Below are positions 1 through 13,514 of a DNA stretch of 64,000 nucleotides, in pieces. The DNA lies in the NCBI GenBank assembly GCA_964016885.1, contig OZ024751.1:40238001-40302000 (forward strand), written 5' to 3'. Every line of letters starts with the position of its first letter. Within the stretch, counting starts at the first letter, position 1. The position numbers and the translations under genes were made by a program. The DNA comes from Eledone cirrhosa. Taxonomy: Eukaryota. The notes under the pieces were generated by a model. It did no database searches, was not told the origin of the DNA, and saw nothing but the letters and a program-made list of their open reading frames with translations.

Positions 1-226
1 GCACACATATACATACAAGCATATTTCTATATATAATCTAATTTATACAATTGATATATATATATATAGATATAGATATTTGTGTGTGTTAGTTAAGTGT
101 GTAACAAGTTACAGGCAGTGTAAATAAAGTTTGTACATATACTGCAACACTGATTTCGACTCTTTTAAATCTATCTATCTATATATATCTGGCACGCCAT
201 TATTTCTTTGTTTCTCCTGTCTTCAG

Positions 227-289
227 CTGAACTAGACCGAGCTAACAAAGATTCTAACAAATACTTACTAGAAATTGCTGCCTTAGAAA
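227..289 (+). CDS. SLMAP: SLMAP-like gene, exon A (63 nt, phase 1-1): ELDRANKDSNKYLLEIAALE
   Basis: Acceptor tttctcctgtcttcag, donor GTAAGT at 290; open frame that joins exon B in phase. Confidence 0.85.
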
Positions 290-523
290 GTAAGTAGAAC
301 CTTTTTCTTCTTCTTCTTCTTTCAATATGTCTTCTAGATGTTGTGAATATCCTAAGTATTGTCAACTATTTCTACATACGATATATTCAAGGATTTCATA
401 TTATTCGTCTCACAAATACATATTGCACTCTTAACTTTACTTTTTACACAAATTTCGTTTCAATTTTTTTTTTTTTTTTTCTTGATATTTATTTATTTCT
501 AAGTGTTTATTTTTATTTTTTTA

Positions 524-923
524 AAAACCCTTTTGATACCAAACTGTTTTTGGATCAATGATACAAAACTGTTTCTTTTTAAGTATTTATATTTATCTAA
601 AAAAAAAAAAATAAATAAACCTTCCATCATAATTCCAAACACAAATTTAATGTGAAAGTTATTTTACGAAATCTCACCAAAATTCTTGGTTATTTTGAAA
701 ATGATTTGAACATCACAGAGCTTGGCTTTCATTAGAACTATCATAATGAAAGGGTTAAAGAGGTTATATTCATCTAAAAACTTTCCCTCAGAATTTTATG
801 TAGGAACATTTATGTTCCAAACATCTGATAAGTAATGAGGAAGTTAGATATATAACTGTCTCCTAATTCTTGATTATTTTCCAAATTATTTGAAAATTCT
901 ATATATGGTAACAAAAGGGTTAA
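524..923. mobile_element. Degenerate tandem piggyBac-type MITEs
   Basis: aaccctttt(g)atacc start; ...aaagggttaa ends near 757 and 923; related copies at 8925-9138 and 59598-60155. Confidence 0.55.
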
Positions 924-1189
924 CTGTTTTTCAGTTTTTAAAGGACTGTCTGTGGTTATCTACTAAATATTTCTCCTACACAGCTTCCATTTATTTCATC
1001 TTGCTTTTTTTTTTATCTTCTCACTTCAATGTTGTCATACAACCTTGCATCTGTATTTATTTATTTATATATATATATATATGTGTGTGTGTGTATATAT
1101 ATAATATATATATATAAAAGAGAGAAAGAGAATAGCATTTCAATAGAAGGCCCCAGCCATGCAAATAGGACATTATATGTTAAAAATAT

Positions 1190-1360
1190 AATTGTTTCTA
1201 CTTTTGGCACAAGGCCAGCAATTATCCCAGTGCATTACTGGTACTTTATTTTATCGATGAAAGGCAAAGTTAACCTAGGCGAGATTTGAACTCAGAATGG
1301 CAAGGGCCGTAACTCTATGCATCAAAGCATGGCGTCCAACCCTCTACCGATACTGCCAAA
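1190..1360 (-). mobile_element. tRNA-type SINE (main family of this window)
   Basis: Reverse complement of the copies at 28788-28982 and 37633-37822. Confidence 0.85.
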
Positions 1361-1916
1361 ATGATACCAAAAATGTTGGTATGTTTCTCTGGAGTTGTTT
1401 GATAATCCTTAATAATTCGGGATAAAATCCCTTCATCACAAGAATAATTAGGGAAACTAATTGAGAGCAGAATATCTTGTGTTTGTTGTTATCCTATCCT
1501 TTTCGAATTAGAAACAGTTCTAGTCCTGTAGAAGTCATTTCTATAATTAAATGAATATATATAGTAACAGATTTAACAGATTTTTTTTTTTAAAGGTATA
1601 TAAACCCCTTGGATGGGAAAAGGGGGTCAGTGTATACTGTATGGCTGTGCTTCTATTACACAAAAGTGACACTGACCCTTTTTTCCATGAATTAAGGCTA
1701 CATTAATCAGCCAGGATAATAAAGCCCACACACATATAAATATTGCATGATTGTCTTTTGTTGTCAATATTAAGTTCTGTTTTGTTTTTGATTTGTTTTT
1801 TTTTTTCATTTTTTTTTTTTTTCTCTTTTGTTATTGTTGTTGTTTTGCTTGAAGTATTGCAGTCGATGTTGTTGTTTCTGCACTAAATGTTACGTCTTTA
1901 TTATTTGTTCATGCAG

Positions 1917-1982
1917 AAAAATTACTTCAATCTGATCTATATATAAACGACATGATGGATTCTACAATGGATAATTTAAAAC
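1917..1982 (+). CDS. SLMAP: SLMAP-like exon B (66 nt, phase 1-1): KKLLQSDLYINDMMDSTMDNLK
   Basis: ttgttcatgcag acceptor, GTAAGT donor at 1983, frame continuous with neighbours. Confidence 0.8.
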
Positions 1983-3197
1983 GTAAGTTTTCTTCTCATG
2001 CTGTGTCCTGCACAACGCCCCTGCTTGTTGTTTATTCCTCCTTATGCATGGTACAGAACTATTTCAACTGTGACAGCTATATATATATATATATTCCTTG
2101 CTAGCTGGGAAAACAAATGTTAAATGATGATTATATATGTATTCGGTCCAAGAAAATAATGTTTCCATTGGTCTTTCTATTCCTGATACCATCTGTCGGT
2201 TATATCTCCTGGCAGAAAGAACGTGAAATAAAGTGACTTGTTCAATATTATAGCACATCGTGATTGTGAATATATCTCTCTAACCACAGCTACACACCAT
2301 CATATTTTAGTAAAATTAAATAAAGAACCTCTTTTATTTGTTCGTTGTTTTGTTTTAGTTTTCAAGAATATAATCTATTATTGATACATTATTGAATGGC
2401 GGAGATAAAAGTGATTGATTAATTGATTGATTTTTTTTTGTTCTTCTGTCTTTTCCAGTGCAGTTGAAGGAATCACATCGGCAGACTGAGTGTAGCAGTG
2501 ATTTGAATACACATTTAGAAGGTTAGTGAAATGTAGAAATTTGATATGTTCTTTAGATATAATCACACTGACCCCTGTATATACAAGAGAGAAAGGGATG
2601 AAAGCCACCAGATGGCTGAATAAAAATATACCCATCTTTTTCCATTCAGTGGGTTTATACGCCCTATTATTAGACTTCTACCTGGAGTTGCGACCGATAG
2701 ATAGTATTAGCAACTGGAAAGACCAGCGGAAACATTGTTTCCTCGGTCCGATTTGACAAAAGTCAATTGATATGTATTATTAGACTATATTATAGTCAAA
2801 ACTATTATGGTGAAGCTTCTATTTCAATTCTAAACTTCCCTCACCACATTCCAAACATAATTCCTTTATAATATAAAATATATTCGAAGTTCTGGCTTTA
2901 ATCTTTTTTATTCCAAACCACCTAAAACTGCCCTTCATTCAAAGCTAGTTATTTTAATGTTTATTTTATATTTCTATTTAAATTTTATATAAGATTCTTA
3001 AGTTATGTTCCAAAACACCAGTTTAATAATAAGGAAGTTGGTTTTATTAGTTACAAAATTCTTCCAAATTCTTATTTTCAAAAAATGTTTTGAAAATTCA
3101 TTATAAATATGGTAATGGAAGTCTTAATAAGTGTTAATAGTAAACTGGTTTTAAATGAACTGTACACTCTGTAATGTGGTAGTGCTAATACGAGTAT

Positions 3198-3370
3198 AAA
3201 AGGCACTCAGTTCACTCTATAAAGTGGTTGGTGATAGGTAGGGCATCCGGCTGTAAAAACCATACCAAAAATAGAACATATTAGCAAGATTTTTTCTGAT
3301 CCATCTAGTCTCAAATTGTGACGTGTCTAACCTCTATGCCAATATGGAAAGTGGATATAAAGTGGTGGTG
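3198..3370 (+). mobile_element. RTE-LINE 3' tail fragment
   Basis: gggcatccggctgtaaaaac and tctaacc...tgcc...atggaa motifs shared with the 19440-19629 tail. Confidence 0.65.
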
Positions 3371-3896
3371 GTGTTAGTGTTGATGGTGATGTTAGAGTGG
3401 TGGTGGTAGCAGGAGTGGTGTTAGTGATGATGATGGTGGTGTTATCAATAAAACAAGATAGTTGGTTGGCAGAATCACCAGAGTTTTAAACAAAATCTTT
3501 TGCAGTATTTAGTTATAGATAAGCTCAGATCCTGCTCTTGTTTTGTCATCCTTGCAGGGTTGATAAAACATTCTACATTTACACACACATGATATATAAG
3601 TATATATATTATGTGTTAATTTCCTTCAAAATAAAAGCCATTTTTATATTAAATTTTGTTGTATAACACTCTACTAATATATTGAGTATCTTACTTAATG
3701 TGGTTACTCTTGATTGAGATCAAGACATATATATATATATATGATGATGATGATATATATAACATCCCACCCTGTTCGCTGTGGAACGTTTTAAAACTTT
3801 AGACAAGTTTTGGGGCGCTAAAACCCATTTTTTTTGTTGTTGTTTTTGTTTTTTCTCGCCTTCGGCATGTTTTGAATTTCACTTATTTTTTGGCAG

Positions 3897-4067
3897 CTGA
3901 AATTGAAGAATTAGAGTCTGAATGGACTTTCCAACAGTCTGAAAAACTTGACCATGCTGATGAGAAATACGAACCTGTTGACAGTTTAACTCTTACTTCT
4001 CCTTATCAAATTTCCAATCACCTTGATTCTGAAAAGCCTCAGCTTATTGATGTAGAAAAATTAAAAG
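3897..4067 (+). CDS. SLMAP: SLMAP-like exon C (171 nt, phase 1-1): PEIEELESEWTFQQSEK...IDVEKLK
   Basis: ttttttggcag acceptor; weaker GTTTGG donor at 4068; core of ORF 3872..4105; phase-compatible. Confidence 0.8.
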
Positions 4068-4199
4068 GTTTGGGTTTGCTTCTTAACATCTATTGTTTTG
4101 TATGAGAGTGAAAGGGTTCGAGATGACTGAACCCTATCGGCCTATTTTGGGAGCTGTCTTAGTTTTAAGGCAGAACAAGGAGAATCGGGGACAAGGAAG

Positions 4200-4600
4200 G
4201 CCCATCATCAACACCATCACCACCACCACCACCACCATCATCATCCCATCAGCAACAAAGACAATCGTCTCACCAGCAACATTATCGCCATCAGCATTAT
4301 CATAGTCATCATCATCATCATCATCCCATCAGCAACAAAGACAATCGTCTCACTAGCAACATTATCGCCATCAGCATTATCATAGTCATCATCATCATCA
4401 TCATCCCATCAGCAACAAAGACAATAGTCTCACCAGCAACATTATCGCCATCAGCATTATCATAGTCATCATCATCATCATCATCATCAACAGCAGCATT
4501 TTCTGTATCAGCATCTTTATGACCATCATCATCAGCAGCAGCATCAATGTAATCATCATCATCAACATTATCATCATCATCATCATCATCACCATCATCA
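4200..4600. repeat. CAT/CAC-rich tract with three copies of an ~80-bp unit
   Basis: cccatcagcaacaaagacaat...cattatcatagtcatcatc starts at about 4245, 4325 and 4405. Confidence 0.9.
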
Positions 4601-4815
4601 TCACTATATATCTGCTTGCCATGCTGGCATGGGTTGGATGGTTTCTCAAGGTCCAAGCCAGTTCTTAGTGGGATGGCATGGAGGAGGAGGAGGGGGGGGG
4701 GGGGGGTAATCTTTCGTACATCCCATATTTCTGATATGGTGTCTCCACTAGGATATCTTTCCTAACACCAACCACTTAACAAAGTGTACTAGGTGTATTT
4801 TGTCATGGTACTGGC
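4600..4815 (-). mobile_element. RTE-LINE 3' tail fragment
   Basis: ccatgctggcatgggttggatgg and ttcctaacaccaacca are the reverse complement of the RTE tail. Confidence 0.65.
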
Positions 4816-5350
4816 CCAGACAGGTTGTCTTGGTGGTTAAAGAATTGGATTTTGAAAATAAAAATAGTTATTAACTTAAAATAATTTTAAATAAAGCAAG
4901 TTTCTCATTTGTTTATTTACAATAAATATGTTATTAATAAAAATAATACTCTGGTAAGGAACCTTTCTAACTTACATTTTCACAACAAATGAAATACTCG
5001 AGCCATTATATATCTAAATAAATGAAAAATAAAAAATAAATATATACAGCATTATAACTCAGTCATACAAATGCTATAAACTTTCTTCTAAGTTCCTTAT
5101 ATATATTTATATACATATATATATATATTATATATATATATATAGTAATAATAATAAATGTGAAGACTAAAATCCAAAGAGGGCTCGATAAGGATAAATA
5201 TATATCAAATATATAAGAACTCTAGAGCAAATATTTATTAAAATAACAGATTAAAGTTTAAGCAAAGAATCGCTGCTTTCACCCTTAACTTTAATCTGTT
5301 ATTTTAATAAATTAATATATATATATATATATATAAAAGTTTGTATCTGT

Positions 5351-7739
5351 ACATATGCAATATATATGATAAGTTTGAAACACATGCAATATATATGATA
5401 AGTTTGAAACATGCAATATATATGATAAGTTTGAAACATGCAATATATATGATAAGTTTGAAACATATGCAATATATATGATAAGTTTGAAACATATGCA
5501 ATATATATGATAAGTTTGAAACATATGCAATATATATGATAAGTTTGAAACACATGCAATATATATGATAAGTTTGAAACATATGCAATATATATGATAA
5601 GTTTGAAACATGCAATATATATGATAAGTTTGAAACACATGCAATATATATGATAAGTTTGAAACATATGCAATATATATGATAAGTTTGAAACATATGC
5701 AATATATATGATAAGTTTGAAACATATGCAATATATATGATAAGTTTGAAACATGCAATATATATGATAAGTTTGAAACATGCAATATATATGATAAGTT
5801 TGAAACATATGCAATATATATGATAAGTTTGAAACATATGCAATATATATGATAAGTTTGAAACATATGCAATATATATGATAAGTTTGAAACATATGCA
5901 ATATATATGATAAGTTTGAAACATGCAATATATATGATAAGTTTGAAACACATGCAATATATATGATAAGTTTGAAACATATGCAATATATATGATAAGT
6001 TTGAAACATATGCAATATATATGATAAGTTTGAAACATATGCAATATATATGATAAGTTTGAAACATGCAATATATATGATAAGTTTGAAACATATGCAA
6101 TATATATGATAAGTTTGAAACATATGCAATATATATGATAAGTTTGAAACATATGCAATATATATGATAAGTTTGAAACATATGCAATATATATGATAAG
6201 TTTGAAACATGCAATATATATGATAAGTTTGAAACATATGCAATATATATGATAAGTTTGAAACATATGCAATATATATGATAAGTTTGAAACATATGCA
6301 ATATATATGATAAGTTTGAAACATATGCAATATATATGATAAGTTTGAAACATATGCAATATATATGATAAGTTTGAAACATGCAATATATATGATAAGT
6401 TTGAAACATATGCAATATATATGATAAGTTTGAAACATATGCAATATATATGATAAGTTTGAAACATATGCAATATATATGATAAGTTTGAAACATATGC
6501 AATATATATGATAAGTTTGAAACATATGCAATATATATGATAAGTTTGAAACATGCAATATATATGATAAGTTTGAAACATATGCAATATATATGATAAG
6601 TTTGAAACATATGCAATATATATGATAAGTTTGAAACATATGCAATATATATGATAAGTTTGAAACATGCAATATATATGATAAGTTTGAAACATATGCA
6701 ATATATATGATAAGTTTGAAACATATGCAATATATATGATAAGTTTGAAACATATGCAATATATATGATAAGTTTGAAACATGCAATATATATGATAAGT
6801 TTGAAACATATGCAATATATATGATAAGTTTGAAACATATGCAATATATATGATAAGTTTGAAACATATGCAATATATATGATAAGTTTGAAACATGCAA
6901 TATATATGATAAGTTTGAAACATATGCAATATATATGATAAGTTTGAAACATATGCAATATATATGATAAGTTTGAAACATATGCAATATATATGATAAG
7001 TTTGAAACATATGCAATATATATGATAAGTTTGAAACATATGCAATATATATGATAAGTTTGAAACATATGCAATATATATGATAAGTTTGAAACATATG
7101 CAATATATATGATAAGTTTGAAACATATGCAATATATATGATAAGTTTGAAACATATGCAATATATATGATAAGTTTGAAACATGCAATATATATGATAA
7201 GTTTGAAACATATGCAATATATATGATAAGTTTGAAACATATGCAATATATATGATAAGTTTGAAACATATGCAATATATATGATAAGTTTGAAACATGC
7301 AATATATATGATAAGTTTGAAACATATGCAATATATATGATAAGTTTGAAACATATGCAATATATATGATAAGTTTGAAACATATGCAATATATATGATA
7401 AGTTTGAAACATGCAATATATATGATAAGTTTGAAACATATGCAATATATATGATAAGTTTGAAACATATGCAATATATATGATAAGTTTGAAACATGCA
7501 ATATATATGATAAGTTTGAAACATATGCAATATATATGATAAGTTTGAAACATGCAATATATATGATAAGTTTGAAACATATGCAATATATATGATAAGT
7601 TTGAAACATATGCAATATATATGATAAGTTTGAAACATATGCAATATATATGATAAGTTTGAAACATATGCAATATATATGATAAGTTTGAAACATATGC
7701 AATATATATGATAAGTTTGAAACATATGCAATATATATG
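5351..7739. repeat. Intronic satellite, 29-bp unit CATATGCAATATATATGATAAGTTTGAAA with 27-bp and CACATG variants, about 84 copies
   Basis: Near-perfect tandem array seen directly. Confidence 0.98.
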
Positions 7740-7823
7740 TATATAAATATATCCATCTTTTAATTCAGTGGTATCCCCAGGTTTAGAGGAAATCATTCTT
7801 TTTTCCTTTTATCTTTCTTTAAG

Positions 7824-7889
7824 CTCTTGAACAAAGGAGGATGATTGAAGCAACAAGAGATGTGAAACAACAGATACTAGATTTACGAG
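7824..7889 (+). CDS. SLMAP: SLMAP-like exon D (66 nt, phase 1-1): ALEQRRMIEATRDVKQQILDLR
   Basis: Long pyrimidine tract ending in aag, GTGGGT donor at 7890; coiled-coil-like peptide. Confidence 0.8.
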
Positions 7890-9500
7890 GTGGGTTTTAT
7901 ATCTTTTTAAATTCCTTCCGTTTCACATGGTTTCTGTTTCTTTCAGAAGGGAACCAAAAGTGCACCACGGAATTTCTGGTTTTGTTCTTGCTCTAAATTC
8001 TGTTAGGTCTACTCTCTATCTCTCTCTCTATCTCTCTCTCTGTATCTTTCTATATTTCTCCCTGTCTCTTTCTATCTTTCTCTGCCTTTATCTCTCACAC
8101 TCTTTATCTATTTTTCTGTCTTTATTTCATACATATATATATATATGTTTGTGTGTATGTGGACACACATGAAATTGAGTATTAAATTCTTAACTTTTGT
8201 AGATTTTAAAGGAAATAATATCTTGTATAACACTTGATATTAACTGTGTTGTCTGCTGTTTTTAATTTAACCATGTCATACCTCCCACTTCAATCACTCA
8301 TGTAACTCTGACTGCAACTCACTCACAATTCTATTCTCACACTATCACTGGCTAATATTTCCATCTCCTACTGTTATTCACTCTGTCTTTTGACAACCTC
8401 CTACTTCCACAGTATCTCATTTGTGTGATAGCAAATAAAAACACATTGCCAATTATATGTGGATTGTAAGCAAGGAAGACAACTCTATTCTCTTTGAAAT
8501 AGTCAAAACTAAAATATTTTCATAAACTAGAATTGATGGGTGAAATTGAGATGAAAAATTTGAAATTTAAATTCTGAGGGGACAAATTTGAATTTGAAAA
8601 TTATAAATTTTATTTTATTTTGTTTATTTTGTTTATTTATTTTGAAAATTTAAATTCAATTTTGTTTTTTAGTTGATTTTTTTTTTTACTTTAAAATTTG
8701 TTTTGATTTTGAATATTTTTCTCAACCCCACTTTTCACTTTTCCAAATACTCTGTTTAATCAATAAGTATGTTTCAATCTAAAACATAAAATAACTGCCA
8801 TAATAGAATTGAATTATGTAAATTATTATCTCTTCATCTTTTGAAAGTACATCACCTACAACTTTACTGGTACATTTTAAAAATACCACTTCTATCTTCA
8901 CCAACAGTTCTACTAGTACTGTTTTAACCCTTTCATTACCAATATGTTAATAAACTTCACTGTATTTGAATTGATTAATGAAGAATCTGGGGGCATTTAG
9001 CGAAATTATTTCACTATAAAGATGGCATTTGCAACATAAAAAAAATGTTCTTATATAAGATTGTTGGAAGATGTTAATTTAAGAACATTTTAAAATAGGT
9101 GGTATTGTTCCTGACAGGTTGGTATCAAAAGGATTAACATTTTTATCACCACCAAGCAACACTGCTGGTGATATCACCTCTATTATCACCCCCAACAATA
9201 CAACTGGTATTTGTGAAATATCACCTTTATTATCACCATCAACTGATATTTATTATAATATAACCTCTATTATCATCTCTGGTGCCACTTTGTCTTGTTG
9301 CATGTTTTTTGCTGTTTATAATTTTCCCTAAACACTTGGCTCTCCCATCTGTCTATCTTCCTATCTACCTATCTATCAACATATTTACCTACCAGTCTGT
9401 CTACCTTTCTAACTATATCTGTCTGTCTATCTCTGTATCTGTATCTGTCTGTCTACCTATCTGTCTAAATCCACTTTGCATGTTTATGTGTTGTGCCTAG

Positions 9501-9569
9501 CAGAATGTCTGCTTCAAGATGGAGGAGAAGAGTATCAGTTTATACAGGATGAACTATGTAATTATAAAA
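9501..9569 (+). CDS. SLMAP: SLMAP-like exon E (69 nt, or 66 nt from 9504): (A)ECLLQDGGEEYQFIQDELCNYK
   Basis: TAG-CAG tandem acceptor, GTAAGT donor at 9570, phase 1-1. Confidence 0.82.
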
Positions 9570-11127
9570 GTAAGTCTTGACTGAAAGTGTATTTGTAAAA
9601 TCTTGACTAATACAGGGCTTAGTTCTTATTTAATCAATCTGACCCCTGCCTTCCTCCTTACAGTGAGGGTACTTCTTGCTTTCTACAAAATTAACTGTTA
9701 AGCTCTATCTTTAAATAGACATTCTTACTAAGGGAAGGATATTTTTTTTTTTTTCATCATGTTAGAGAACTGGAACATATGTAAACAAAACACAAGCCCC
9801 CAACTCTTCTTAAAGGTCAGTAGCTCTGCTTGAGTACTGACTTGGGCTGTGAAAACCCATCCAACTCTTGCTAGTATGGAAGATGGACATTTAATGATGA
9901 TGATGGTGATCTGAGAGAAGGAGTGTTATGAAGCCTGGAAATAGACCATATAGTTCATTATGTCCTTGATAATAAGATATGTTGATGTTTTGTTGTTTAA
10001 TGTTAAAGTAACTCCAATTGAGCTGACCTGTGATCAAAGGAACTCCAGCTATGACTGTACAGAGTATTTTTGTTTGTTTGTAGGACTATATTGTCTGTCT
10101 TTCCTTTTTTAAGATGGTAGGCCTTTATTTGAGGGAGATTTCACTGTGATATCTAGCAGGTTGTGCCACTGTCGAGGTGGTGTTATTAAGATAGACATGG
10201 TCTGGACCAATACTGATCAAAACCTATCAAAGTTAACAAAGTTATAATATATTCAGTTATATTCATTTTGTTAGGATGGTCTTTAAAAACAGGGCAGTTA
10301 ATACCATCTGTATACTTTTATCTACCATTCTATATAGTCACTATCTTAGTTATCTACCATTCTATATAGTCACTATGCTAGTTATCTACCATTCTAAACA
10401 ATCAGTTATCTATCATTCTATATAGACACCAATGTTAGTTTCTACAAACTACTTTAGTTTATTATGAATTTTCTTATTAAAATTGCACAATATTAAAATG
10501 GTTAATATTCTTGTTGTTATGGCTGTTATATAATATTGATTAATAGCTTTAGAAGGTTATATAATATTGATTGACAGATTTAGAAGGTTATAATAGCTTT
10601 AGAAGTAATATTTACACCATTCCCTTATTTTTTCTCTCTTGGTTTGCACTTTCTATTTGCTTGTATATATAAATATTTAAACTCTAATATCTTATTTAAT
10701 CAAGTGTGATGAGTGAGGCTTATTTTGCTGGAACTAGAATATCATCTCTTGTTTGAATTCTTCTCTGTGATTGCTTTCATTACTGCACTAACACTATAAA
10801 GAAAGGCATAGACACCACAGCTTCCCATTGTTGCACCAATGAACTTTCAATTGCACGCTTATTTAATAAGTTATTTCTGTATCAATTGCAGATGGGGATG
10901 AAATAAGAGAGGCACACATTTTGGAATTCAATGTTTAAAATTTTTACATAACATAATTTATTCAAAAGAAGGGCATTGGTTGAGCTGTTAGAGTGTTGGA
11001 AAGAATGCTTTGTGGTATTTTTTCTGGCTCACTGAAATGAGTTCAAATTCCACTGTGGTCGGCTTAGCTTTTCATCCTTTCAGGTTTGAGAAACAAAGTA
11101 CCAGCTCTATATATCCAGTCACGAGAA

Positions 11128-11469
11128 TATAAAATTCTTTATGTGAAATCATGTGTTGAAACAGATATTGTAATAATTTTGAGAGGGTCATACTACCAAT
11201 AAAAACACACACACACCAGTTGTTTCACTTCAGCTTATTATTAAAGTAACTAATCCATATTTGTCATATTTAATTGTTAAAGCTTTTGTCACGTACTCTG
11301 TGGCCTTTTCAGTTACTATTCTTGCTTCTCTGTGTCTCCTAAATATGACAAACAATCATAAACTAACAAAGGAATGGATTAGTTACCTAACTAATAATAA
11401 AACTAAAGTGAAATACAACTGGTGCATGTGTTTTTATTGACAGAATGACCTCACCAAAGTATAACAATT
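11128..11469. mobile_element. Palindromic interspersed element with ~95-bp imperfect inverted arms
   Basis: Arms 11166-11258 and 11374-11469; relatives at 47905-48025 and 57408-57500. Confidence 0.65.
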
Positions 11470-11670
11470 TACCGTATATACTTGAATATAAACCAAGGAA
11501 TATGTGACTAAAAAATCGATGATAAAATGGGAGGTTGGCTTATATATGCCATCTAAGCAATGTGTTGATTAGCTCCCTCAGCTTATAAACAGGGTTTTGA
11601 TTTTTACCCATTTCCCAGACATAAAATTGGGGTGGATGGCTTATATTCGGCTCATCAAGTATATACACTA
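11470..11670. mobile_element. Tc1/mariner-pogo-type MITE
   Basis: TA-flanked imperfect TIRs: taccgtatatacttga ... tcaagtatatacacta. Confidence 0.6.
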
Positions 11671-11927
11671 TATATATTGTGAATAGAATTTACTGTTCCT
11701 GAATATTTTTGTTATTTTTTAGCATTAATTATTTCAACTATTTAAAATGTTTTTCTCTTTTTTTTTTCTTTTTTTTTTCTGGATTTCTCTTTCAGTTTTA
11801 TATATTTTTACCAGTTTAGAGTTAAGATGAATATTTTAGACTTATTTCTACTTTATTTTAAAACAATGAAAATATAGTTTTTAGTTGTAATTAAAGTAAT
11901 ATTTCTTTTTCTTTTTTTTAATAATAG

Positions 11928-11990
11928 ATCAATTAGATGATGAGAAGTCAAAGCACAAAGAAACACTTGACGACCTGATTGAAAAGAAGA
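11928..11990 (+). CDS. SLMAP: SLMAP-like exon F (63 nt): NQLDDEKSKHKETLDDLIEKK
   Basis: T-rich tract plus tag acceptor, GTAAGT donor at 11991, phase 1-1. Confidence 0.87.
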
Positions 11991-12669
11991 GTAAGTGATT
12001 TTATTTTAGATACCATATCATCATCAGCTAGCATGGGTTAGACGAATTGTTCTACTGTGAGTCATGTCAGATCAAATGACCATGGCTTGCTTGGTTTCTA
12101 CAGATGGATGCCCTTCCTAATGCTAACCACCACATTTATAGTGTGGACTTTGTGCTTTTTGTCATGGCACCAAATATACTTGTATATAATTTACAGTGGT
12201 AGATAAATCACACTCCTCCTTTGTGGTTATATTTTAGCTTCACCCTTCGACCAAAACATGTCACATGTTTCTTTTTTTTTCTTTTTTTAAAAATAACATT
12301 TAGCTGAAATAATCCCAATCATTGCCAGTATAGTCTATCAAAGTCTTGGAACTTTAGATATACTAATATGATTATACTGTTGAAAGATTTTCAGTAATCA
12401 AACCATAACAGCTTATGTTCACCTTTCTACAGCTTTTGTTCCTTTAGTAATAGATGTACACTCACACACACAGATGCACACAGACACACATTGTTTACTT
12501 TCTGTACGGCAGTGGATTAGCAGAGTCAGTGGAGTGTCGGACAAATGCTTAGCAGCCTTTGTTCTGGCTCTTTTAATTTCTTTGTTCAAACCTTGCCACG
12601 GTCAATATTGCTTTCCATCCCTCCGAGTTCATCAAATACTTAGGTCAATATAAGCTACTTTCCCTTTCT

Positions 12670-12930
12670 CATCATCATCATCATCATCATCAGCGTTTAA
12701 CGTCCATATTCCACGCTTGCATGGGTTTGGACGGGAGTTTTCCCACTTGAGGTAAGAGTGGTTGTCTTGCTCGCATAGGACTGTCTGGCGGGTTTTCTAT
12801 GGCTGGATGCCCTTCCTGACACCAACCACGTTTACAGTGTGGACTGGGAGGTTTTTACCGTGTTACCTACATGGCCACATTACAGCGTGGACTGTGGGTT
12901 TTTTTGTCGTGACACCTACACGACCTCATT
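12670..12930 (-). mobile_element. RTE-LINE 3' tail
   Basis: (CAT)n plus gtttaacgtcc...ccacgct.gcatggg...ggctggatgcccttcct; weaker copy at 12016-12172. Confidence 0.8.
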
Positions 12931-13154
12931 TGTTTTGGGCTGGATGTTGTGGTACCAACATAACTTTACATTGAAAGGGGTGGTGTGGATGGGGTGGGGG
13001 TAGTTGGACGGGGGTGTATTTTGTTAGAGGTGCCTACTGACTGTAGTAAGTTTCACTTTGTACTTAGGTAAGGCGGGTCTTCTCTATTACTGTGTAGTTC
13101 CCTCAAATTGTTGGTGTTGTGCCTTAATTAGAAATCCTTATTTATCTTCTGTAG

Positions 13155-13217
13155 GTTTACTACAGGAGGCACTACAAAGTGCCAAACAGAGCCGGAATGA
13201 AGCAGAACAACTGAAGA
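13155..13217 (+). CDS. SLMAP: SLMAP-like exon G (63 nt): SLLQEALQSAKQSRNEAEQLK
   Basis: tcttctgtag acceptor, GTAAGT donor at 13218, phase 1-1. Confidence 0.87.
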
Positions 13218-13295
13218 GTAAGTTTATTAGTTTCTGCACTTTTATTCTTTTCCTAGAGTAAAGAATTCAAAATTTCATCATTTAAGATTTGAGGT

Positions 13296-13514
13296 TTAAC
13301 CCTTTAGCATTTACATTATTCTATATTTACTATTGTATTATCATGGTAAACACCTTATTTCACATAATTGCCTTACATAATGTTGAGTCTGTGAGATTCT
13401 GATATTATTTATTTTGAGAACAATACCTTAACATTAGTATGGGCAGCCAGTTTGAACAGAAAGAGGCGAGAGAATTTTGGCCGGATATGGCTGATTTAAA
13501 TGCTAAAGTATTAA
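13296..13514. mobile_element. piggyBac-type MITE, older copy
   Basis: TTAA-CCCTTTAGC start; internal similarity to 17628-17835. Confidence 0.75.

Noticed and set aside
4321-4656. Poly-Asp and poly-Met ORFs
   Set aside because: Translations of the (CAT)n tract at a LINE tail
5299-7796. Three overlapping 810-830-aa ORFs on the minus strand
   Set aside because: The satellite unit has no minus-strand stop in any frame; the three ORFs are the same cycling peptides
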